Source of the DNA: Mayamaea pseudoterrestris
Lineage: Eukaryota
Direction of reading: 5' to 3'
DNA length: 64,000 nt
Assembly (NCBI GenBank): GCA_027923505.1
Contig: BROI01000014.1
Location: forward strand, 496,001 to 560,000
Shown here: one piece after another, positions 9,245 through 19,814 of the stretch
Numbering within the stretch: the first letter of the stretch is position 1
Layout of the letters: each line of letters starts with the position of its first letter
Made by a program: the position numbers and the translations under genes
The notes under the pieces: generated by a model
Seen by the model: only the letters and a program-made list of their open reading frames with translations
Databases searched by the model: none
What the model was told of the DNA's origin: nothing

Positions 9245-11046
9245 ATGCAGTCGACGCTGAGCCCTAATGCTTTGACTTTTGCTACCATTGGGATCATTTT
9301 AACGGGAGCTGCTGCTGCTGGACTTGATCGACACACAACCACGACGGAAGACCACTCATCTACAGTTTCGAGCATGAATGCATTCTCTTCGCATCAACTG
9401 TTCACATTGATTGTAACAATCATCTTGACTCTCGGACTTGCAAAACTTATAAAGAGCCTTTTAAGTTACCAGTGGATCTTGTCGGAAGGCAAGCTTGGCA
9501 TGCCAGTCATGCATTCGCCCCGGCAAGGTCGACCGCTGCCAGTATTGGGCCATGCGCTGCAGTTTCTAAAGCATCGACCATGGGACTTGCTCATGGAGTG
9601 GCACGAAACGTATGGCCCAATTGTTTGCTTTCGCTTGTTGGGGCATACGAATTTTAGCATTGCGTCGCCAGCCTTGCTGAAAGTTGTGCTGCAATCCAAG
9701 ATTGCGTCCGTCAAAAAGGACATTGCCTTTACCATGAAACCCTTTCTCGTCATTCTCGGAACTGGTATCGTCACGTCGGAGGACGATTCCTGGATGAAGC
9801 AGCGACTCAAAATGAGTCATCCATTGCGACGAGACGTCTTGGAAATGATACCTCGACAAACCTTGCAGGCAGTGCAACTGCTCATGCAAAGCATGGATCA
9901 AGCTTGCGAAACAAACGAACCAGTCGCCATTGGAGCGAGTTTGAGAAGATTGACGCTTCAAGTCATTAGTGGATCATTCCTTTCGCTTTCTGCGGAAGAG
10001 TCGGACTCGACCTTTGCTCAGTACTACTTGCCGATTGTGGATGAGGCGAATGTTCGCGTATGGATGCCGCATCGGACCTATCTTCCAATATTGCCGGCAT
10101 GGTGGAAGCAACATTACAATGTCTATCGACTCAACACGTACGTATCAAAACTCGTTCGGGGGCGCTGGAGCCAACGAAGGAGACTACAACGATCAAGTGA
10201 ATCAACGTTGGAGCCGCAAGATATTTTGGATCGCATGCTCATGGTGTACGAAAAGGAGCAAGGCACGGACGCAGTCAACTTGCCAGAGTCGCATGTGCGA
10301 CAGTTGCGCGATGAAATGAAAACCTTCATGCTGGCGGGGCACGAGACGAGTGCCGCCATGATGACGTGGGCCATTTACGAACTATTGTATAATGATGCAT
10401 TGACGGAGCAACTGCGCGAAGAATGCGACAAAGTCTTTTCCGCAAACAAAGACTGGAAGACGGCGCAGTCAACAGATATTCCCGACGCTGAACGTTTGGC
10501 AGAGCTCGTGCTATCGGAAGCTACGCTTCGAGTGAGTGTTCATGTTGCAATATGCTTCGCCGCTGTGCTTGTTTCCGTGCTCACCAGAAACTCATACTAT
10601 CGTCTCTTCATCAGGAATCACTTCGCAAGTATTCTGTAGTTCCACTCGTCGCCCGTCGTACCATTGCGGATATGCACATACAGGATGAGGGTCACAACTA
10701 TTTGCTTCCAAAGGGGAGCTCACTTTTGTTAAACATTCAAGCCGTCCATCATGACCCGTCTCTGTGGCCCGAGCCCATGAAGTTTGATCCGCAACGGTTT
10801 TTAGGCAAGGAACCGGAACCTTACACGTTTCTACCCTTTATTGCGGGTCCGCGAAATTGTCTGGGGCAGTATCTGGCGCTTCTGGAATCCAAAATGGTAA
10901 TTAGCCTGCTGTTGCAACGGTATCGGTTCCAACGACCCGACGGTGGATCTTTGGATGCATGGAGCTCCAACAATGATCCAAGGCATCGCTACATGGTGCC
11001 GGTGATTCCGGCGAAGGAGCTAATGGTACGAGTTAGTCGCAAGTAG
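9245..11046 (+). CDS. Cytochrome P450 (2 exons: 9245-10531, 10615-11046)
   Basis: I-helix AGHETS, ExxR (ESLR) directly after GT-AG intron 10532-10614, PQRF, heme motif FIAGPRNCLG, and N-terminal TM anchors. Confidence 0.95.
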
Positions 11047-11083
11047 TAAATAGTTACGCCAGTCTTATGATACGATCTACAAG

Positions 11084-11833
11084 TTAGGACACTGAAACCT
11101 GATTAGCTGGGTTTTCGGCACTCTTTTTCCAAAGCGCCCAAACCTTTTCTTTGTATTGCGTCAGCCTCAATCCAGGATACTCCTCCTTCATTTGCGGAAG
11201 CATTCTTGCTTCAAAGTCATTGTATAATGCCTTTGCAGACTTTGGCACATTTGCATTGCCACCCGATATGCTGAGATGATCGAGAGCTGCATCAATGCCA
11301 GTAGCACCTGCCTCGTCGCCCATTTTGGCCAAGTTTGCTTGTCTACCGACTGTGTCGCTGTCGCCAAGCATGTACTCGGTATTCTGCATGAGTGGATCAA
11401 GTGGTGCTTCAACCTTCGTTTCTCGTGCTTTTTGTTCTTCGGCCATTTTCTTTTGTATAGCTTCCTCCTTTTTCTTCTTGACATTCTTGTCGGCTGCTTT
11501 GACAAGCGCGTCCTCAAGAAACGCGAGATCATTCTTCTTTGCTTTGCCCTTTGATTTGGCAGTTGATGACGCTTTTGGCTTTCCTCCCGACCCCAAGGCT
11601 TCGGCTTCTGCTGCCAGCAGTTCCTCTTTTTCACGCTTTTTTCGTGCAGCTTCATCTGCTTTTTGTGCTGCTTCAGACTCCTTTTGCTGCTTGCGTTGAT
11701 TGGCTCCCTTGGCCCATTCGGCCGCTTGTTGCGCCTCGGTTTGTTGGTCGAGGACGGCCTGCTTTTTGGACTCGGATTCGGCCTTTTTGGCGCGACCAGC
11801 CTCCTTTTTTACATTGACGCCGCCTTTGGGCAT
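11084..11833 (-). CDS. CCDC124: Ccdc124/Lso2-family coiled-coil ribosome-associated protein
   Basis: Lys/Glu/Ala-rich coiled coil starting MPKGGVN, with C-terminal FEARMLPQMKEEYPGLRLTQYKEKVWALWKKSAENP. Confidence 0.85.
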   Translation of the reverse strand: MPKGGVNVKKEAGRAKKAESESKKQAVLDQQTEAQQAAEWAKGANQRKQQKESEAAQKADEAARKKREKEELLAAEAEALGSGGKPKASSTAKSKGKAKKNDLAFLEDALVKAADKNVKKKKEEAIQKKMAEEQKARETKVEAPLDPLMQNTEYMLGDSDTVGRQANLAKMGDEAGATGIDAALDHLSISGGNANVPKSAKALYNDFEARMLPQMKEEYPGLRLTQYKEKVWALWKKSAENPANQVSVS

Positions 11834-12479
11834 TTTGATTACAGTGTCGGGAAAATTTTGCTATTGTGTGTCGGCTTTGAGTGGAGCAATAACTGAAACG
11901 ATGATTGATGTTTGGTGGTCGTGATCGCGTCGTGTCGTGCTGAGTAACGGAAGGACAGAGGATAAAAGCTGAGGCAAATCTGAGGCCATAGCTAAAATTG
12001 ATGCACTATCTGCATCAGAAATGCATGTTTTTAGTGAAGTTGGTATTCAGGGATGTGCAGGGCATTATGGCATGCTGGGTTGCCATTTGTGGTGCATTGC
12101 TAGCACATCCGATAAGTTGTCGAATGTGCTAAGTCTCACCATGACATGCGCGGTGGTGGCTAGTGAGGTGCAACTGAGCCAGGCGTTGGCAATATTTCGA
12201 CAACAAAATCAATTGAATGGGATTATAGAGCTCAGCAGGCTTTGCTGAAGATCCCTAGGCTAAATTGGTACACTGCTGGCAACTGGACATCTTAAAGTTT
12301 CGCAGATTTATCGTTCCCTTCAACGAAGGCCTACCAGTAAGTGTGAAGTACGACCTGATATTTAGTTCGCCCGGCACAAAAAGTATACGAGAACTAACAT
12401 TGATAGGAGCTGATCCACAACTTGACACCGGTGCTACCGACAGAACCCTCGTTCCAACGCGACCAAAAGACACCGACAG

Positions 12480-15400
12480 CTAGTCATCATCGTCCCCATG
12501 CCCGTGCTTGTCTTCGGCAAGCCACTGTTTCAGTGAAGTTTGAATCGCAACTGTATCCTTGTGGTCCTGTCCATACAAAGCCTTGTACATTCGCAGCGCT
12601 TCCCTCAAGTGCTTAACAGCCTTTTCGTGCATCTCGGCATCGTCTCGCCCGCGATAAATGGTCGCACACTTAATGTGTGCCTTAGCTTGTTCAACGTGTG
12701 ACGCTAGTGGACTGTCCTCGTCCACTTCATCAATCAGAGCCTCATACGCATCAAGGGCCCCGTCGTTGTCGCCCAACTTTAGTTTTAACGAGCCAATACG
12801 GCCGAGGGCAGCAACTAAATGCTTGTGGGACGATCCGATCACAACCAAAGAACCATTTCGGTTCTTAATGTCCTCCATCGACGCTTCGTACTGATGAAGG
12901 CCTCGGACCCCATCCTCGTAAGACGCTAGGGCACTTTCAAGATCGCCCTTTTTCGAATAAATTGACGCAATATTGAGCATGATCAAGGTCACGTCATAGT
13001 TACATTTGACTTCAAACTCCGAGTCCACAAATAAAGGGACTGGAACATTCTGGTATGTAGCCTTGGCGATGTTGTAGTGGCGTAGTGCATCATTCATTCG
13101 ACCGTGCTTGGCTAAAAGGATTGCGTAGCTGTTAATTGTTTTCGCCACCGGAACAGAGTTGTCGCCATAAACGGTCTGCTTCATAGAAATAACTTCTTCA
13201 AACATTGACTCCGCCTTTCGAACGTCTCCGATATCCACGAGCAAAGATGCCAAGGATTGCGCATTCGCAATGGAGTCATAGTGCAGCGTTGCATCGCACA
13301 TTTCGTATATCCTCGCTGCTTCAGCAAACTTCAAAAGAGCGACTCGCGTTTCTCCAAGCTTGACAAGTGCTTTAGCTACCGACTGAAGGGCGTGAGCGGT
13401 ATACAAGTGGTAAGGCCCTAGTAAAGTTCGGTAGATGCTGACCGCTTCCTCAAGACGAAGCATAGCATCTCTTGGTTGACGACACTTAAGTAGCGCCTCA
13501 CCCACAGTGGCAAGACATGTTGCCATACCAAGTGAGTCAGATGAGCCCATGCTATTCGTCACCTTATGTACCTCGTCCACTATCAAGCGACCAGCCTCGC
13601 ATACAGTTATGTCAATGTCGAAATTGAAAGCCACGTCTTGACCAGGTGAACCAACACTGTTTTCGTCTCCGAAGCCTTTCCCAATTTTACCCACTGCAGG
13701 CGATGATTTCGAAACAATTCCACGAAGATCAAGAATGTCGGCGACTTGTCGCCCTGTTGCTTCCATAATTCCAAGTGAAAAAACACGACGACTCACAAAC
13801 TCCGAGTCGCAAAGCAATTCGGCGCAGGCTGATATTGCCTTGGCCGCATGCAAATGATCTGGCAAAAAGCACATCGTGTACTCCTCAAATTTGTCACCGC
13901 CATCGAGGCCTTGCATGGAGAAATGATTTGCCTTCATCGCGTCACCTATGGAATGTCGTGTCAGCGCCTCTCCGTCGCCTCCTCCAATAATTGCAGTCAC
14001 AACCAACTCGTGCACCTTGTCTTCCGTAACAACTTTAGGGGAACCCTCCTTGTCGCCACGCGTGAAGATAAATCGGAGCGGCGGCATCCAGAAGGACTTC
14101 TTAAGTGCAACATGCTCTTCTTCTTCAGTCTTGGCACTAAACGCAGTGAACTCATCATTTGGAGGAGTGAAAGCAGGCAAGTCTCTCTCTGACATCAACT
14201 CAGCCACAGCTTTTAACGAGTCATGCATCGTATAAAACTTTTGGATCTGGCGCTTGGGCAACTCGTCAAAGTCATCCCATTCCGAATCATTTTCAGACTT
14301 CTCGTCTTCGACGTGGGAGGAAATGGATGCGCTATCATGGCCCGATTTGCGTTTGGTAGGAGGAGCTACACTGTGGCGCGTGCGTTGAATTAGCTTTAAA
14401 TTCTCCAAAATAGTCAGGTATTCAAGAGTGTCGGGAATTTGTTCAGCGTCACGCATAGGACCAGTCGAAATTACAGTCTCAAAGAATTTCAAAAGGAACG
14501 ATTGAGGAATACCTTTTCCAGATAGGACCCAATCATTGGCACGGAAAGCAAGGACAAAGAAAACAAAGCATCGTCTCAGCGCCATGCGGTCATAAACATC
14601 ATCGATTGTGAAGAAGGCCATATCAACAATTCGAGTAAAAGCATTACGAAAGCTCCGTAACTGCGCTGCCTCTTCCAAATTCAGACTGCATTGATCAAAT
14701 ATTCCTTGCCAAACTGGCGACTTCAAATTCCAATTACGATTGTTCTGTCTGAGCATGCTACCGACCAGCAAGATACCAAGAGGCGAGTTTCCGCAGCCTT
14801 TCACTATGAGCCTTGACTGGTTGAATACTTCCGAGTTTCTCCCTCCGTAGGGGCGCCGCCCGGCAGTGGACAGCAACAACTTAACTGCCTCGTGTTCAGA
14901 TAGAATTCGAACAAAGACCTCGGGGACAGTGCCATTACCAAGTAGAGATGGAGTCCGCGTAGTGATTAGTATTTTAAAGGGACTATCACGTGGCGGAACC
15001 TTGTACGAGGGCGTTTCAAAGATAAACCATTTCGCATCCTCGACCCGCCAAACATCATCCAGAACAATGAGAACCTTTTGCTTAATTAGCATACGGCCCA
15101 GATCCTCTTTGATACCATCAATGTCACCGCCCTGGAAGCGACGTACACTGTCTGCTCGATCAACAACTCGATCAATCTGTTCCGTCGAATTTTCGGACGC
15201 CATTGAGTTGAACGACGCCTGAAATCGTTCGGCGTTGCTACCCTCGTCCGACACGCTAGCATCCATATCAGCCTCTTTAACGATCAACTGGCGGTAAAGG
15301 TCCTCGTATAGACGACGAATATCACGTTCGTCAAGTGGTCCGCGACCAAGCTTAAGCCAGGCAATCCCATCCGGAAAACGCTCCCTGACTTCAACAGTCT

Positions 15401-17001
15401 GAATTACAGCAACTGCGAGCGTCGTTTTTCCATTGCCTGCTTTATCACCATGGCGAGAAGTGACGGAGGTCATGAATGTGTTCTGTGGCTCGCCATCCTT
15501 GTTCATCTGAACCTCATTTTCGTCCAAAAGACAGCTTACAACTTGTTTCATCAGACGATGACGGTGGACATACTCCGTCGGCAGTTTGGGAACAGCAATG
15601 GGAATATCAGCCTTGGGCAGCCAGTTCGGTTTTAATGCGGCCAATTCGTCATCTGCGTTGTCCCTATTGCGCATTTTTTCAACTCGAAGTCCACGAATCA
15701 CATCTACAAGTTCGTCCTTCGGCTTTATTTGCTGATTTGCCGAAGCGAGGTGATTAACGGTCCTGCCACCTTGGTACGATAGATTGCCTGGCACGAAACC
15801 CTCCCCTCCTTCCTGGTCACTGTGACCATGACGATCAAATTCAGATGGAGGGGTTACAGCCGAGAAACCATCCTCTCCGGCATCAGAGTCGCCGCCACCG
15901 TCGTGGCGATGCTTGCGAAGGCGTGGTGTCGGGGTAGCCCTACGCGATCGCACGCGGCCTGCCGTTGGAATCAGCTGACGACCACGGCTGAATACACCAG
16001 CTCGACTGCTAACGCTTCCACTCGATGCCGATGTAGTACTTGTTTCACTTTCCGATTCCGAGGCCGACCTTTCGCCCGTCACATGACCAACCGCCTTTTC
16101 AACCTTTTGATTCCAAGTCTTCATCCGTTCGATTTGCTCGCGATCATGCGGCTGAACCAGGCGAAAGAAGAGAGTGTACTTGCGTTCGCGGCGCACAAGC
16201 ATCTCTTCCAAAACGCGATTACCTTTCTTGATCACATCGCGCAATCCTTTGAAGGTTTGATCTTCCTTGAGCGCACCACGAGTCACTGTGTCCACAGCAA
16301 CTTCGTCGACGAGTGCCAATAGCTATAATTAACACAAACATGAGCGAACCCAAGCGACAGCACCATCAAAAACAAAGCGTTTTTATACTTACAAAATCCA
16401 TGTTGCTGATAAACTCTGCGAGTACCATGCGGCCTTCATAATCCTCCCGACCTAGCTTCTCCGCCTCGTCTTCACTGGGCCGTTTCGGCGTTGCACCAAC
16501 CGCCGCATACGCGTCCTTCACCCCCACCGCCAGTTCATGAAACAGCTTCAAATTGGTTGGTGCTTTGCGAGGCAACTTGGCCGTGGAGCCAGGCGCCTTT
16601 TGGTTGTAGTAACCATCACTTCGACACGAGGTGACCGCCACCAAAATTTCGCGGCGCTCCTCCTTTTTGATTGTCTTTGAGCGACTGCGCGACCGGGATC
16701 GTTCGCGGAGGCGCTGAATAATGTTGGTGCGTCCGCGACCACCAGCTCCCTTTTCCGGTGACGCCGGCTGGGAGTCTCCCTCGCCGTCTCTGTTTGCCAA
16801 TGACTGCGAGCGGCGTCGTCCACTGGGAGAATCTGAATCTCTCTTGCGTCGACTGGAACTTGCCGAGCGTCGTTTCGGAGATCCCGGATCATCACTCAGC
16901 TCCTTGCTGCCTTGGTCGGGAAATGCGTCATCCTCTTCACTTTGATTCTTCCTTCCGGAGAGACGCTTGCGAAGCGAGCCAAGGCGCTTGTTTGTAGACA
17001 T
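12480..17001 (-). CDS. NB-ARC (APAF1-like STAND) ATPase with C-terminal TPR repeats, ~1483 aa (exons 17001-16393, 16322-12480)
   Basis: Walker A AGNGKTTLA, Walker B VLIVLDDVW, sensor ILITTR, GxPL-like CGNSPLGI, MHD motif, an APAF1-type helical segment (YTMCFLPDHL...LLCDSEFV) and kinesin-light-chain-like TPRs. GT-AG intron 16323-16392 joins the two ORFs in frame. Confidence 0.9.
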
Positions 17002-18197
17002 TGATGAAAGAGCACTTAATGCAAATGAGTGCGACTCTACTTGCAACTCCACTACGTGTACAATTGATCAATGGCAACGACAAGCAAATGCTTCGCTTTT
17101 CGATTCTTTATTCCTTGCCTGGCTAGCGAAAATAGTTGAGTGAAAGAAAACTTGGCTCTTGGCTTGTTCAGCTCACCTCGTCGTGAAAGTATTCGGCCGC
17201 TCAACGGTTGCACGCGACAAAGTGAAGCCCGTAAAATCACGCGATCGTTGCAACTGCGTGCAAAAATGAAAAATGGATGCGCGTTAGAGGCTGGTCATTC
17301 CAATATCCAACCTGTTCGAAAAGCAAAGATTTTTGACACACACAATTTCAAAAAACAATTCTTCATGCAGACATCACTACATCCTGCAAAACAATCTTTG
17401 CACGTTAAAGTCCCAAGGCTCCGAGAGTCATAGTAAAAACTAAGTGGGTCACACTAACGAATCAATCCATCCTCGAGCCATATCCACTTTACATCGGTAG
17501 CGCGTCATGCTTGTGCTTTCGTTCCTTCCGTACCTCTTGATTCGTCGATCCACCGTTCGCACCAACTCACTGACAAATACTATTGCTTGTGTTAAGATAC
17601 AGCAAGAGTGAATCACTGCAAGACCCTCTATTGCTGCTACTTGATACTTGATGATGGTGCGGAGCCGCAAAACCATCTCCGTTTCAATGTCTCTGCGAGT
17701 CCTGGTGCGACATTGCGAGGCGTTGAGGCACGGTTACTTGGCGTGACACGATGGTGCGCGCGCGCGCACTTATCGGAAGGGCGACGTCGAGGATGTGACA
17801 TCATGGAATGCAAATGCAAAAGCGATTCCAGCCGCTTCGCCCAAGCTTGACACAGGCACGAGAGCGAGAGCGAGCGGCCATGGGTAGCAGCTGTCAATAG
17901 AGTAGAAAGGAGAATTGCATATTCATAAAGGTGAGACATTTAGCCTCGCATCGTCGAGCGTCGAGCGGTATGAGGTGCGAGTCTAACTCGATCGAATGCA
18001 AGAGATTCATGGGGGACGATGGATGATGTCGCTCGCTGCGGTATCTACCAAAGCCATCTACTGGCGCGATTTGATGTCGAATAGGTGGCAATGCTGTTTT
18101 CTGTCACCTTTAACAGCTTTTTAAAGTTCTCTTCTTCAACGCCTTTGCAGGAAAACTGACAAACCCATCGTTACACGCTCATGTACCGTCATTGACA

Positions 18198-19275
18198 ATG
18201 AACGCTTCAACTCCATCAAATCGAAAGCGCCCAGCCTTTGAGAAGCTGCTTATTGGCCCAGCCATGGTACTTGGCGAGTCCTTGGCTGGTGGACACTATT
18301 TGGACGTACTATGTCTCGGCAAGCAAATGGCTACTGGACGCGTCGCTCCAAGCTACTACAAGATTCATCGCACGCTGGTGCATGAATCCAAAGGTTTCTT
18401 GCCAGCATTCTACCGCGGCTTTTATCCGTGGGGTCTTGTACAATGCACCAAGGGTTTGCCAGTGTTGTTTGTCCAACATGAAAGCATGCATTTGCTGCAG
18501 CAGCGTGCCGGCATGGAACAATCCGCAGCGGGGAATCTGTCGGGATGCTTGGGAGGCATTGCGCAAGCTATATTTGTCACGCCATTTCAAAAAATCAAAG
18601 TTTCCGTGGTGGCAAGTAGTAACGTCAATATGCTCACGCCGACGGAAGCGTTCATGGCGGTAATTCAACGCGACGGAATCGCGGGCTTGTACAGTGGCTT
18701 GCTTCCGACCATGCTTCGCGGCTCGATTGATTGGGGCCTTCGCTTTGGAATATCATTGCATATGAAGGAATGCATGCTGGAGGAAAAGCGGAATAGCAGC
18801 GAGGAAGTCAAGCTTTCTCTCTTGGAATCAATATCGTGCGGTCTGGTCGGCGGAGCGACCAGCGCATTGACGCAGCCAATTGACAATATTGTCACCAATT
18901 GCCAGAAACCTCTACCGCCCGGTACATCGCGAGCTGTACATGCGGTGATGTTACGCATGTACCGCGAGAGCGGCATGAAAGCGTTTACCCGATCAATGGG
19001 ATTGACGGTGGTGGACAGCGTAAGTTTTGCTTGCAGTGAGGTGATGGCAATGCAACGATCGTTTGCATCTCACTGACAAAACACCTCGCTATATTTCTTT
19101 TCCATAGGCTTGGCACATGGCATGGATGTTTGGCGTTGGCAATGTGCTCTATGATTGGATGGACAAGTCTCTTCAAGAGCCTGAACACCGGCCGCATCAT
19201 CAAAAGTCAAAGTTGCATCCCTGCACATCATACACGGGAGACCAAGTATACGACTATTGCTACAATATAGATTAA
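18198..19275 (+). CDS. Mitochondrial carrier family protein (exons 18198-19019, 19108-19275)
   Basis: Three-repeat layout with FYRGFYPWG, TPFQKIK, GIAGLYSGLLP and TQPIDNI...MYRESGMKAF. Intron 19020-19107 supplies helix 6. Confidence 0.85.
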
Positions 19276-19814
19276 AATACAGCAAATAAAACTGCATAGA
19301 ACTCATATTATCATTGAATCAACAATGATGCTAGCAAAATAGTGTAAGGCATGCGTGTTATCTATTCGTTCTCCAACAAACAAAGTACTTCACTCTCCTT
19401 CCTGGTAAATGGAAGATGGACTACGCCCAACTCACGTATGAACAACGCGCATAAGCTTTCAGCTAACCAACTCTTTCATTCATGCTGTCAAACTTCTCCA
19501 TACAGTATGATAGTCGGCAGATGTAGACGCGTTGAAGGTGGACTTTAGCAATGAGAAGCTTGCGCTATATATTTGGCGATGGTGCGTGGTCGGGTCTCCT
19601 TGGGCCCATGCGTGACCGGATGGATTCGCTGACATTTTTGGAGTCTGTGACGTTTCACACAATATATGCCCGGACCTCACTAGAATGTCATTAATGACTT
19701 GAAATGTCTGGGGCTATTGATAAAATGAGCATGGATGAACGCACGATCAAAGTGGGCAACCACCACTTCGCCATCCGCTCCGAGAGCACAACACAATCAT
19801 GCTGATCATGCAGC

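Noticed and set aside
17754..17769. GTGCGCGCGCGCGCAC palindrome
   Set aside because: It is a simple CG dinucleotide run with no supporting context.
17050..18190. Short ORFs of 60-100 aa in the gap between the STAND gene and the carrier
   Set aside because: They show no recognisable motifs or consistent splice structure and are probably UTR/promoter sequence.
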